Notes: generated by a model from the sequence alone, not told the origin. A DNA stretch of 64,000 nucleotides from Opitutia bacterium (GCA_050506795.1 JBJHCF010000018.1:1-64000); one strand, 5' to 3'. Positions 1 through 9,868 are shown, numbered from the stretch's first letter. Translations and numbers: made by a program.

Positions 1-144
1 GAAAGTAGCTTTCGATCAATTACTTACAGAATATAGCACAAGAAATGATGACCCTATGGATTATAAGCAATTGATATTCAATGGGTTTTAACTGGACACT
101 AGTGTGATAACTTAAGAGAAATATTGACAAATAAGCTTGGAAGC

Positions 145-861
145 ATGGAGGTAAATATCCAGCTTCATTTAGGGGGAGCAACGGAAGGCATAGAAGACGG
201 CGGGGATCCATACGGAATTGTGCGCCGAAGCCTCAATCGGCTCCTTTTCCTAGGATATTTGAATGTATTTGAATCCTTTCGACACTTTTATCATATGCTT
301 GGAAGCACAGAAGGGGAACGCCGGAACACATCTAGCGTGTTGGATGGAATTAACGACCATTGGATATTGTTCCACAAATCTTATCACGAAGTGTTTCACA
401 GCCATGAGTACTTGACGCGTTTTTGGCCCGACCCTTCGGAACGTGATCCGGATGAGATCCACAGACATACAAAGCAGTTTTTAACCTACCTGGGCGACAC
501 CATCCAGTGCCTTAAAGATTGTGGTCTGCTAGCGGAGGAAAATTTATCCAATTTTGATTATCCTTGGATTTATGGTGAATTGCATGACTCGATTTTACTT
601 GGACTTTCCGAGCAATTAAATATTGCCTCTGAGAATCCGAAAAGCGCAAGCGAGGAATTGAGTTCTGTCTTATGGAAGACATACGACAGATCCTATAGGC
701 AACTGGTAAATGAAATCTTGAAGCTTTTTGTTTCTCTTTCAGATACATATGGCTTCTCCACTAATTGCAGTGAATGTCTCAATCGACTTATTTACCTTTC
801 AAGCGAAGGGACCATCGGATCTGGAATGGAAATATTCTACGAGAACCTTTCATCCCGATAA
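145..861 (+). CDS. Hypothetical AT-rich protein, possibly the immunity protein of an upstream polymorphic-toxin module
   Basis: Long ORF (ATG at 145), AT-rich relative to the core genes, directly upstream of an orphan Rhs module. No family recognised. Confidence 0.5.
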   Translation: MEVNIQLHLGGATEGIEDGGDPYGIVRRSLNRLLFLGYLNVFESFRHFYHMLGSTEGERRNTSSVLDGINDHWILFHKSYHEVFHSHEYLTRFWPDPSERDPDEIHRHTKQFLTYLGDTIQCLKDCGLLAEENLSNFDYPWIYGELHDSILLGLSEQLNIASENPKSASEELSSVLWKTYDRSYRQLVNEILKLFVSLSDTYGFSTNCSECLNRLIYLSSEGTIGSGMEIFYENLSSR

Positions 862-873
862 CCGTGAAGCTCC

Positions 874-2562
874 ATGCAACGCGGCAACCTCAACACGAGC
901 AAGACCGGAATCGAAGGCACTCTCATCCGGGAGGAAAGCTGGAACGGAGCCTGTCCCGTGCTTGCCGGGAATCCCAGCGGCAACTGGCACGGGCACTCGA
1001 CGGTCTACCCCATGAGCGTCAAAAGCAGCCAGAACTCTGGATGGCAAGGCTTGCTCAAGGCCCGTAAAGGGAGTCCCGGCACGCCGCGGATGAGCAAGCG
1101 GGACGCAGAGCATAACGCAGCCACGCCTGGCTTGTGGCGCTTAGGGGTCCGACAATCCACCTCCGACTTACGGACGAAAAAAGCCAATGAATCCACTCTT
1201 GCCGGAATCCGCTTGACGCCATGGGGCAAAGACGACGGCTCCACCACCCTCGACCAGAACCGCGAGCACAATAAAGCCAACGAAATCACCGACATCACGC
1301 GAGTCACCGGAACGAACTGGCCGACGCCCGCCCACGATGCCGCCGGCAACATGACCCAGACTCCCCGGCCATTGAGTCTGACCAACCGCTACGATCTCAA
1401 ATGGGACGCGTGGAACCGCCTGGTCGAGGTCAAGAACACCGGCGGCAGCGTGGTGGCGACCTACCAGTACGCTGAGCTTGCTCAGTCCCGGCGGAGCGTC
1501 AGCGGAGGGAAGCTTGCCGGGAATGGCAACCAACGCCGAATCACCAAGGCCACCGGCGGCACGACCCGGCACTACTACTACTCGAATAGCTGGCAGGTGC
1601 TCGAAGAACGCGTCGACGCCTCCGAAACCGCCGACCGCCGCTTTGTGTGGGGAATCAAAGGCATCGACGATTTGATCCTTCGCGACCGCATCGACGGCGG
1701 GACCGAACGCCTCTACGCCCTGAGCGACGGAATGAGCATTACGGCCGTGGTCAATACCAGCGGCACGGTCCAGGAACGCTACGGCTACAGCGGCTTCGGC
1801 GTGCCCCGGTACATGACGGCGAGTTTCGGGAACCGAAGCAGTTCGAACTTCGACTGGGAAACGCTGTTCCACAGCTACCGTTACGACCTGGAAACGGGAC
1901 TGTATCAGGTACGGTACCGGTACTTGCATCCGAATCTGGGACGGTTCCTGAACAGGGATCCGATTGAAGAGCAGGGCGGGTTGAATCTGTATGCGTTCGT
2001 CGGGAATGATCCTATTAATCATTGGGATCGTTATGGTAACGAGAGTTCAAACTCAAAAAAGATCGTCGTTTCTAAAATAATTGACGATGGCATAGAGTTA
2101 GCGTGTTATACGCTTGAAATTGCAGAGATCACTGCGTCGGAATCGAACTCAGCAAGGCGAAGTATATTTAATGGTTTCGGATCGTTTCAACGAACAATTG
2201 GGCAGGCAAATGCTACAGGTTACTACCCGCAATTTGACAGGAACATGTACAATACATTGGGACAGCTTTCACGTGAAGGTCAATCTGTTCGGATCCCATG
2301 GTCGCAACACGTAGGATCCGCGCTTTTGGTTTACAATTTCGTTACCTTTGCTGTTTCGTATCAGAGTCAATTAGATATTGTCTTAGACGCAGCTGTAAAC
2401 TACGTGAGTTCTCCCCGATCAGCCACATGTGAAAGAATGTGTAACGAGATGCATACGTTTGTTACCTCAATTCCAGATCCATCCAATATTTTAGCAGCCA
2501 GTTCCTATTACAAACACATGGATTGTTTAACAAGGTGTTATGACGCACACGGGTTTCACTAA
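874..2562 (+). CDS. Orphan RHS repeat-associated core fragment with a variable C-terminal (toxin) domain from about 2038
   Basis: YD-type repeats (WDAWNRLVEV, YYYSNSWQVLEER), core signature YRYDLETGLYQVRYRYLHPNLGRFLNRDPIEEQGGLNLYAFVGNDPINHWDRYG, and an abrupt drop in GC after the DRYG motif. Confidence 0.9.
   Translation: MQRGNLNTSKTGIEGTLIREESWNGACPVLAGNPSGNWHGHSTVYPMSVKSSQNSGWQGLLKARKGSPGTPRMSKRDAEHNAATPGLWRLGVRQSTSDLRTKKANESTLAGIRLTPWGKDDGSTTLDQNREHNKANEITDITRVTGTNWPTPAHDAAGNMTQTPRPLSLTNRYDLKWDAWNRLVEVKNTGGSVVATYQYAELAQSRRSVSGGKLAGNGNQRRITKATGGTTRHYYYSNSWQVLEERVDASETADRRFVWGIKGIDDLILRDRIDGGTERLYALSDGMSITAVVNTSGTVQERYGYSGFGVPRYMTASFGNRSSSNFDWETLFHSYRYDLETGLYQVRYRYLHPNLGRFLNRDPIEEQGGLNLYAFVGNDPINHWDRYGNESSNSKKIVVSKIIDDGIELACYTLEIAEITASESNSARRSIFNGFGSFQRTIGQANATGYYPQFDRNMYNTLGQLSREGQSVRIPWSQHVGSALLVYNFVTFAVSYQSQLDIVLDAAVNYVSSPRSATCERMCNEMHTFVTSIPDPSNILAASSYYKHMDCLTRCYDAHGFH
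1008..1226. mobile_element. 219-bp MITE-like element inserted in frame in the Rhs core
   Basis: Terminal inverted repeats CCCCATGAGCGTCAA (1008-1022) and TTGACGCCATGGGG (1213-1226). Removing the element rejoins V-Y-K-D-D-G in frame. Confidence 0.65.
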
Positions 2563-2563
2563 A

Positions 2564-3295
2564 ATGCCTATAAAAATAATTGCTTTATTTATAGTATTAG
2601 GATTTGCCTCTGTTCTGCCAGCGTCGGAGTCGGAAGATTCTGTTCGTCCGAATGATGTCGCTAGGTTTTTAGCTAAAGAGGTTGCGCTTCTAAAGGCCGG
2701 GAGTGCGATGGGCCACGAATCTTATGAATCCCTACGCGACGACGTAATTCAGGGGGTTGAATATCTGATGCGCATGCGGCGTGGAACCCTTCAGGAACCC
2801 AGGGAATACCATTTAACAAGTAATGAAGATTTGCGGAGTTATCTTTATTCGATAATCATGGAGGATTTTTATAACTTGGACGCTCAGTATCAAGACGAGG
2901 GTACCGAAGTTGTCAAAGACATGATCGATCATAGAATTGATGCGCTCGTTTCACTTTATCCAATATCAATTAACGAATCGAATGAAGATGAGAAATTATA
3001 TTTTTAGATATTGATTCGAGCAATTGCGATTAGGGGTTATATAGGTGATGCGATATCATCCATTGAAAAAGTCTATATGAAAAAGGATATGTCCGATTTT
3101 TATCGAGTGCCTCTTGCTTGCTATCTAACTTATTATTCTTTGAGAAATGATTTGGCGAGCGAGGCTGAACAGTTTCTCGATAAATTGGATGGAATGCATG
3201 ATGTGGATCGTTACCGAAAGAATGTTGAATCCCTTGGGGAGACACTTGAATATATGAAGTCTTATGATAGCGAACTTGAGGCAGAGCCAAAATAA
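2564..3295 (+). pseudogene. Putative exported immunity protein split by one in-frame TAG (3005-3007)
   Basis: ATG follows the Rhs stop after 1 nt. Signal peptide MPIKIIALFIVLGFASVLPA. The ORFs ending at 3007 and starting at 3011 are in the same frame. Confidence 0.65.
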
Positions 3296-3395
3296 CAAGG
3301 GGGTATAGAGTCAACTCCACGCATTCTGGGGTTTGATCATGCCGGAAGCTGGCACCGCTTTCCTGAGGAAATTAAAAGACGCCACCTCTCGACAA

Positions 3396-3512
3396 CTGAC
3401 AAATCCACTTTCCGAATACACCCGCCGTTTCCTTCGCCCAAGCAACAACCGGAACGCCCTCGTTCCAATCGGCCGCCCCTCCCGGCATCGCCTCGCCCGC
3501 TTGAGCCCTTTG
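3396..3512 (+). repeat. Imperfect direct repeat of about 115 bp, copy 1
   Basis: GACAAA.CCAC...CCGAATACACCC and ACGCCCTCGTTCCAATCGGCCG.CCCTCCCG.CATCGCCTCGCCCGCT.GAGCC are shared with 4655-4770. Confidence 0.8.
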
Positions 3513-3654
3513 TTATTGGAAGCCTTCCCGCTCAGCACAACAACCCTATGTCCAATATCGCCCGGGGACCCGCCGTGCGCTCGCAAGCTCCCTTGTCGGG
3601 GGCGAGACTGGACATAGGGTGTGCGATCCATCCGGCAAATTAGCGGGGGCTCAA

Positions 3655-3874
3655 GCCTCCACTTCCAGCATCCCGGATACCTGTGAGGCCACGAACATGC
3701 TCTAGAATCCCGGGAGGCCGGGACGTCATCCAACAACTGCTCGGCCACGCCCGCCTGGACACCACCCGGATATACACCGACGTCGCGATCAAAGCCCTCA
3801 AGGAAGTCCACGCCCGCACGCACCCTTCGGCAGGCGGAAAATCCTTGGCGGATCCCGCCTCATCCATTGAATAA
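3655..3874 (+). pseudogene. C-terminal remnant of a XerC/D-like tyrosine recombinase
   Basis: [17 protein letters not shown] (His and catalytic Tyr box), preceded by a decayed ATNML*N (compare ATHMLEN) in another frame. Confidence 0.85.
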
Positions 3875-3878
3875 GCCC

Positions 3879-4352
3879 ATGCCCGTTCGCAAAGTCTATC
3901 TCGATACCTCCGTTATCGGCGGGTATTACGACGAGGAGTTCAAGGAGGAAACCCGCAAGCTCTGGAAGAAATGGAAAGCCGGGGAAATCCTTTTTTACAC
4001 CTCGGTGCTGACCTTCGAGGAAGTCGCCGAGGCTCCGTCGCGGGTCAAAGAGCTATTGCGACGCACGTTTCCCCGTCAACAGAAGGTGTTGATGCCCAAT
4101 GAGGAGAGCCGCCGCCTGGCGCAAGCCTACCTTGAGGCCGGAGCGGTTCCCGAACGATACGCTTCCGATGCCCGGCATGTGGCCGATTGCAGCGTTGCGG
4201 GGATCGTCTATCTGGCCAGTTGGAACTTTAAGCACCTGGTCAACATCAACCGGGAAAATGCCTTCAATGCGGTGAATCTCTTGCATGACTATCCCACCTT
4301 GCGTATCTTGAGCCCGAAGGAGTTGATTTATGGCGACGAAAAAGAGCTTTGA
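3879..4352 (+). CDS. PIN-domain (VapC-like) toxin
   Basis: VYLDTSVIGG, DARHVA and SWNFKHLVN motifs. Confidence 0.85.
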   Translation: MPVRKVYLDTSVIGGYYDEEFKEETRKLWKKWKAGEILFYTSVLTFEEVAEAPSRVKELLRRTFPRQQKVLMPNEESRRLAQAYLEAGAVPERYASDARHVADCSVAGIVYLASWNFKHLVNINRENAFNAVNLLHDYPTLRILSPKELIYGDEKEL

Positions 4353-4515
4353 TGCGGTTGAAATGTCCCGACAGGGAAAGGAGCGGGTAAGCCGCTTGTT
4401 GTCGAAAATGAGCCCCAAGGAGGAAGAGGATTACTTCAAGCGCCGAATGGCGGAGATTTACGGCGAAAAATCCTCCCGCAGGGTATCGCGCAAGAAGAAA
4501 ACCGTAAAAGCCTGA
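4330..4515 (+). CDS. Small basic protein overlapping the PIN gene, probable antitoxin
   Basis: 61 aa (KKSFDAVEMSRQGKE), overlaps the 3' end of the toxin gene. Confidence 0.6.
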   Translation: MATKKSFDAVEMSRQGKERVSRLLSKMSPKEEEDYFKRRMAEIYGEKSSRRVSRKKKTVKA

Positions 4516-4654
4516 TTCCCTCTTTTTAGACGCCCCTCCAAACCATCCGAACACCGGCACGGTTCGCCCCGGCCGGAACGCCTTGAAGGTCGCTTACACG
4601 CGGCCGGAGAGTCTGAAAACGCTTGCTGGGGGAACCGAAATGACGTCTTGACCT

Positions 4655-4770
4655 TTGACAAACCCACGTCCCGAATACACCCCCTTTTTCTGGAGCCAAC
4701 GGCAACCGGCACGCCCTCGTTCCAATCGGCCGACCCTCCCGCCATCGCCTCGCCCGCTCGAGCCTTTTGT
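4655..4770 (+). repeat. Imperfect direct repeat of about 115 bp, copy 2
   Basis: Matches 3396-3512. Confidence 0.8.
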
Positions 4771-4916
4771 TTTCCTCCTTCGTCCCGCGGTCGCGGGACT
4801 ACGGCGGACAGCCTGGATGCCTGTTTCCTCGCACGTATCTTATGCCCCATATGCTTTTCAGTCGCGGCGGAAGGAAAAACTTGAAGAATCCGGAAAAATC
4901 GCCGATATTGTTCCTC

Positions 4917-5111
4917 ATGAACGCGGTAGAAGTCATCGAAGAGATCAAACGCCTCCCCGAAGAGGAGCGCGAAAAGGTCGTCGAGTTCGTTCGTCACCTG
5001 CCCAATGCGGAGACGATCGAAGCGATCAACGAACCGCTCGAAGGCTTGCCGCGCTACAAGAGCATGAGCGAAGTCCGGAAAGCGATTAAAGACCTCGTTC
5101 ATGATGCTTAA
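4917..5111 (+). CDS. Antitoxin with a DinJ/RelB-like C-terminus
   Basis: 64 aa with PNAETIEAINE motif, overlapping the start of a YafQ-like toxin. Confidence 0.7.
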   Translation: MNAVEVIEEIKRLPEEEREKVVEFVRHLPNAETIEAINEPLEGLPRYKSMSEVRKAIKDLVHDA

Positions 5112-5374
5112 CGTTGTCTTCAAGAGCCGGTTCAAAAAAGGACTTGAAGAAGCTGAAATCCTCCAATCGCAACGACGAGGATTTATTGGCGGTGATCGAC
5201 CGGCTGGCCAATAAAGAGCCGCTTGAGCCGAAGAATCGCGATCACAACCTTATTGGAGAGTATGCCGGTTGCCGCGAGTGCCACATAAATCCCGATTGGC
5301 TGTTGGTTTACCGGAAGACCGAAACCGACCTGATCCTCATGCGCACCGGCTCTCACAGCGAGCTGTTTCGCTGA
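5104..5374 (+). pseudogene. yafQ: YafQ-family mRNA interferase, frameshifted at an A6 run (5134-5139)
   Basis: ATG 5104 reads MLNVVFKSRFKK, and the continuation DLKKL...RDHNLIGEYAGCRECHINPDWLLVY...RTGSHSELF lies in the +1 frame. Confidence 0.8.
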
Positions 5375-5544
5375 TTTTACCTTTTTAGCCACTCCGCTGG
5401 AAGACGCCATTCTACATATTTGGCCTATTTGTCGAAAGCTTGACAGGTGGCCCATAAGGCTTCTACCCGGCGCGAGGGAATCAACTTTCACGCGTCGCAG
5501 GGAAACAAGTGGCCCCGATTAAAAACCGCCGCTCTCAATGGGTT

Positions 5545-5930
5545 GAATGGCACTCGGTTAAGGCCGTTGATCGAGGCAGCGTAGTCCTACTTTGTCAAGT
5601 TTACCAAAACCACGCCCGTTTCAAAACCTTGCTGAACGGTGAAGGTTCTCACACGGAGCCACGCCCTCGACGAGCTCAGGCCGGAGAGAGCTCACGGAGG
5701 CGGGTCCGGTTGAACTCTCCGTGGCTCCGTGCCTCCGTGTGAGTCCAATTTCCCCTGTATTTTTTTGCTTCATCGTTTGAGAAACCGAATCAAAATCGGA
5801 ATCGCGCCTCTGCTTCCTGGAGGGCGGCGCTCCCGAGCCGGCGGCCATGCGGGAGCATGGCCCTCCAGGGGAATGGCCGATGCGATTTAGCGATGCGCCT
5901 TCGATCCACCACCTTAACCGGGCGGCATTC
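5545..5930. mobile_element. Composite MITE/REP-like element (module A plus module B)
   Basis: Left end GAATGGCACTCGGTTAAG, right end CTTAACCGGGCGGCATTC. Internal sequence matches copies at 37.2, 38.9 and 58.6 kb (A) and 27.8, 29.3, 58.4 and 63.1 kb (B). Confidence 0.8.
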
Positions 5931-5985
5931 GGTTTAGGTTTGCTATCCCCAGTACGGACGATACGATTTAAATCGGAGGTCGATC

Positions 5986-6456
5986 ATGAAAATTCCGAAG
6001 AAGCTACTCGAACATATGGAGAAAAACCAGGTGGCCTACGAGGTGCTGAAACACCCGGAAGCCTACACGGCGCAGGAACTCGCCGCCGTCGAACACGTCA
6101 AGGGACGCTACCACGCGAAAGTGGTCATGGTGAAGTGCAACGGAGAATTGATGATGGCGGTGGCCCCCAGCGATCGCCGCGTCGATTTGAAGATGCTCGA
6201 GGAAATCGTGGGCAAACCAACGGAACTGGCCCGAGAAGGTGATTTCGCGTCCAAGTTCCCCGACTGCGCCCTGGGGGCCATGCCGCCCTTTGGAAGCCTG
6301 TACGGCGTACCCGTGCTGGTCGACAACAGTCTGAAAGAGGACGATTTCATCGTCTTCGAGGCCGGCACCCACACCGATGCCATCAAAATCAACTATGAGG
6401 ATTTCGAACGCTTGGAAAAAGCCCGCTACGGCGACTTCACTCGAAAGCTACAATAA
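5986..6456 (+). CDS. YbaK/EbsC family aminoacyl-tRNA deacylase
   Basis: HPEAYTAQE, AKVVMVK, FPDCALGAMPPFG motifs; GGAGG ribosome-binding site. Confidence 0.9.
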   Translation: MKIPKKLLEHMEKNQVAYEVLKHPEAYTAQELAAVEHVKGRYHAKVVMVKCNGELMMAVAPSDRRVDLKMLEEIVGKPTELAREGDFASKFPDCALGAMPPFGSLYGVPVLVDNSLKEDDFIVFEAGTHTDAIKINYEDFERLEKARYGDFTRKLQ

Positions 6457-6625
6457 AACCTATCCGGCCCGCGGCCCGCGGTTTCAGGGACGATTGCCGA
6501 TATTCAGCGGTTAACTCAGCCGTGGAATTGAGGTTTTTCGCGCCCGGACCTTTAATGACACCCGCAAACACCGGGGAGCTGGATTTGACAGGGTCCGGCC
6601 TTGGGGTTTTCGTTGTCTTTTAAAC

Positions 6626-7789
6626 ATGCCTGGTTTTACCGAGATATTCGACCAGCTTCCGCTGGAAGCGTTGCGCCAACAATCGCTGGACACCACCGAA
6701 AGAACCCTGCTTCCGGTCCTGGAGCGCGGACGCGCCCTGACCCTGGCGGAGTTCGCGGCGTTGGTTTCCCCGGCAGCCACCGCGCGGCTGGAAACGCTTT
6801 CGCTCCTGTCGCAGCACCTGACGCGGAAACATTTCGGCAAAACCATCCGGCTGTTCGCCCCGCTCTACCTCTCGAACGAGTGCGTGAATATCTGCAAGTA
6901 CTGCGGGTTTTCGCGTCACGTGGACATTCCCCGCATCACGATTCCGGTGGAGCAGGCGGTACGCGAGAGCGAGGCGTTGGCGCGACAGGGATTCCGCTCC
7001 ATCCTGCTGGTGGCGGGCGAGCACCCGAAATCGGTCTCCAACGGCTACGTCGAGGAGGTCGTGCGCCGGGTTCTTCCCGTCATGCCGAGCGTGGCGCTGG
7101 AACTGGGACCGCTGAGCACCGAAGGTTACGTGCCGCTGGTACGGGCGGGATGCGAAGGATTGGTGGTCTACCAGGAAACGTATCACCGCGAGACCTACAA
7201 GGAGATGCACCCGGCCGGTCCCAAGAACCGTTTCGACTGGCGGCTGGAAACTCCCGAACGCGCCTACGAGGCCAATTTTCGCCGCATTGGCATCGGCGCG
7301 CTGCTCGGTCTTTACGACTGGCGGTGGGAGTTGATCGCCCTCGCCGCCCACGCCCAATACCTCACCCGCCGCTGCTGGCGGACCCAGATTACCCTCAGTT
7401 TGCCGCGGCTGCGCCCGGCTCCCGGCGAGTTCCAACCGCGTCACGCCCTGAACGATCGCGAATTCGTGCAGGCCATCTGCGCCCTGCGCCTATTCCTCCC
7501 CCATGCCGGTATCGTCCTTTCCACCCGCGAGGCCCCGCGCCTGCGCGACGGCCTGATCGGGCTGGGAATCACCAACATGTCCGCCGGCTCCAGCACCGAG
7601 CCGGGCGGTTACAGCAGCTACAATCAAAACGACTGGAAACAGACCCGCCAACAGGAGGGCGAGCAGTTCCACATCTCGGACGAACGTTCTCCCGCCGAAT
7701 TCGCCCAAGCCATTCGTGGCCGGGGTTACGAGCCGGTCTGGAAGGATTTCGACCGTTCGCTGGTCGTTTCCGAACCGATGGGACACTGA
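6626..7789 (+). CDS. thiH: 2-iminoacetate synthase (radical SAM)
   Basis: LFAPLYLSNECVNICKYCGF, YQETY, SAGSSTEPGGY and QFHISDERS motifs; followed by thiS. Confidence 0.92.
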   Translation: MPGFTEIFDQLPLEALRQQSLDTTERTLLPVLERGRALTLAEFAALVSPAATARLETLSLLSQHLTRKHFGKTIRLFAPLYLSNECVNICKYCGFSRHVDIPRITIPVEQAVRESEALARQGFRSILLVAGEHPKSVSNGYVEEVVRRVLPVMPSVALELGPLSTEGYVPLVRAGCEGLVVYQETYHRETYKEMHPAGPKNRFDWRLETPERAYEANFRRIGIGALLGLYDWRWELIALAAHAQYLTRRCWRTQITLSLPRLRPAPGEFQPRHALNDREFVQAICALRLFLPHAGIVLSTREAPRLRDGLIGLGITNMSAGSSTEPGGYSSYNQNDWKQTRQQEGEQFHISDERSPAEFAQAIRGRGYEPVWKDFDRSLVVSEPMGH

Positions 7790-7794
7790 AAGTC

Positions 7795-8013
7795 ATGACC
7801 ACCCAAACATCCATCGCCGTTGTGGCCAACGGCAAAGAGTTCACGCTCTCCGCCGGCACCCATTTGCCGGATTTCATCTCCAAACTCGGGTTCGAGGCGG
7901 GACTGGTCGTGGTGGAACGCAACCGCGAAGCCCTCACCCCGTCCGAGGCCGGGCAAACCGTGCTGGAGGACGGCGACCGCCTCGAGATCGTGCAAATCAC
8001 GGCTGGCGGTTAG
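7795..8013 (+). CDS. thiS: Sulfur carrier protein ThiS
   Basis: 72 aa with NG, VVVERN, and C-terminal GDRLEIVQITAGG. Confidence 0.9.
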   Translation: MTTQTSIAVVANGKEFTLSAGTHLPDFISKLGFEAGLVVVERNREALTPSEAGQTVLEDGDRLEIVQITAGG

Positions 8014-8028
8014 GGAGTTTCCCCTTCC

Positions 8029-8412
8029 ATGAGCGGCCCTCCGGTACAGTTGCCCGGCCTGACAGCTTCCCTGGATCAGCTGCGGTATCATTATGCCGGC
8101 ATCACCCTCTCGGAGGATCGTCCCCACGCCTTCATCTATTTCATCACCCTGACCAACCGCTCCAAACGGACCGTCACCCTGCTGGGACGAAAGTGGGTGC
8201 TCACCGCCGCCGATTCGGAGGTCGAAGTCGTCGAGGGCGACGGCATCGTTGGAGAAACCCCGAAACTGACGCCGGGTGAATCCTTTTCCTACAACAGTTA
8301 CCACGTCACCGACGGCAATCGCCGGGTGGAGGGCAGTTTTCACGGAGTCGATGAGGAGGGGCGCCACATCCTGGTGCGCCTCAACCCCTTTGAACTCGTC
8401 GTCCCGATCTGA
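8029..8412 (+). CDS. apaG: ApaG domain protein
   Basis: TVTLLGRKW and VEGDGIVGETPKLTPGESFSYNS motifs. Confidence 0.88.
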   Translation: MSGPPVQLPGLTASLDQLRYHYAGITLSEDRPHAFIYFITLTNRSKRTVTLLGRKWVLTAADSEVEVVEGDGIVGETPKLTPGESFSYNSYHVTDGNRRVEGSFHGVDEEGRHILVRLNPFELVVPI

Positions 8413-8490
8413 TCGCGCTTCCCGCCCTGATCCGGCGGGCACGTAATCGGGCTTGTCTCGATCCCGCAAGGAACTAGGGATGGTTAACCA

Positions 8491-9849
8491 ATGAAACTGA
8501 CTGATCTGAATCGCGACGGTGGTATCGGCGCCAATTGTCTCTACTGCGAGCTGGGTGACTTCAAATTCCTGGTGGACGCCGGCCTGCATCCGAAAAATGT
8601 GGGATACCCCGCCCTGCCCGACTTTGAGCGCATCGCGGACATTACTCTCGACTTTATTCTGCTGACCCATTGTCACCTCGACCACCTGGGAGCCCTGCCG
8701 GTGGCCCTGCGGGACCGACCGGCCACGGAGGTTCTGATGAGCCTTCCCAGCCATTCCCTGGCTGAACGCATGCTGCACAACTCCTGCAACGTGATGATGC
8801 GTCAGCGCAACGAACTCTCCATTCAGGAGTACCCGTTCTTCACCCACCAGGAAGTCGAGCGGGTGGCCGGACAGTTTCGCGGCCTGCGTTACGACCGTCC
8901 GGAGGTCATCAAAAAAAACGGCGAGTCTCTCGAAATCACCTTTTTCTCCTCAGGACACGTCGCGGGCGCTGCGGGAGTGCAACTCACCCATCATAAGCGC
9001 CGGATCTTCTTTTCCGGCGATGTCCTTTTTGAACCGCAACGCATCCTCAAAGGCGCCCATTTTCCTCCGCATCATTTCGACACCATCGTGCTGGAGACCA
9101 CCCGCGGCGCCACCGAACGCACCCCGGAAAAAACCCGGGCCAGCGAGGTGGCGCGCCTGCTCGACACCATCAACGAAACCCTGCAAGGCGGCGGGTCGTG
9201 TCTGATTCCGGTATTCGCTCTGGGACGCATGCAGGAAATCCTCACCATAATCCGCGATGCGCGCAAAAGCGGCGATCTGGTGGAATCGCCGGTTTTCTGC
9301 TCGGGGCTGGGGATGGATCTGGCCGATTACTTCGACCAGATTTCCAAGCGAACCGGACTGGTCCAGTTCCGGCGCAGCGTGCTGCGGGACCTCAAGGTCA
9401 AGCCGTTGCCTCGCAAGCTGAAACCCGGACGCGACCTCAATCAAAACGCCATTTACGTGGTCAGCAGCGGCATGCTGGTCGAAAAAACGCCCTCCTACCA
9501 GGTGGCCTCCTGTCTCCTGGGGTACCAGCGCAACGCCATCTGCTACGTGGGCTACTGCGACCCGGATACGCCGGGCGGCAAGATGCTGGACAACCCGTCC
9601 GCGGACGAATTCGCCTTCGACGCCCTGGATTACACCTCCCCGATGAAGGCCCGGATCGAACGGTTTGAGCTGAGCGGCCACGCGGACCGGGACGAACTGA
9701 TCGAGTTCGCCATGGCGGCGGAGCCACGCGCCATCGTTCTCACCCACGGTGATCCACCCGCCCGGGAGTGGTTCCGCGAAACCATCAACAAGGCGGCGCC
9801 CGGGATCAAGATCGTTGACCCGGAACCGGGCGAGGAATACGACGTGTAA
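8491..9849 (+). CDS. MBL-fold beta-CASP ribonuclease
   Basis: THCHLDHLG, GHVAGA, SGD, LIPVFALGRMQE, SGHAD and THG motifs. Confidence 0.9.
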   Translation: MKLTDLNRDGGIGANCLYCELGDFKFLVDAGLHPKNVGYPALPDFERIADITLDFILLTHCHLDHLGALPVALRDRPATEVLMSLPSHSLAERMLHNSCNVMMRQRNELSIQEYPFFTHQEVERVAGQFRGLRYDRPEVIKKNGESLEITFFSSGHVAGAAGVQLTHHKRRIFFSGDVLFEPQRILKGAHFPPHHFDTIVLETTRGATERTPEKTRASEVARLLDTINETLQGGGSCLIPVFALGRMQEILTIIRDARKSGDLVESPVFCSGLGMDLADYFDQISKRTGLVQFRRSVLRDLKVKPLPRKLKPGRDLNQNAIYVVSSGMLVEKTPSYQVASCLLGYQRNAICYVGYCDPDTPGGKMLDNPSADEFAFDALDYTSPMKARIERFELSGHADRDELIEFAMAAEPRAIVLTHGDPPAREWFRETINKAAPGIKIVDPEPGEEYDV

Positions 9850-9868
9850 AACCCGGGAGGCCGTCCCT

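Noticed and set aside
3311..3823. 170-aa minus-strand ORF ([17 protein letters not shown])
   Set aside because: It is the antisense shadow of the recombinase remnant.
6457..6625. TPP riboswitch upstream of thiH
   Set aside because: I could not find the conserved CTGAGA and CCTGAT core motifs.
6601..7794. 470-aa ORF ending in ThiS
   Set aside because: It is an alternate-frame overlap of thiH. Only the last 72 codons are ThiS.
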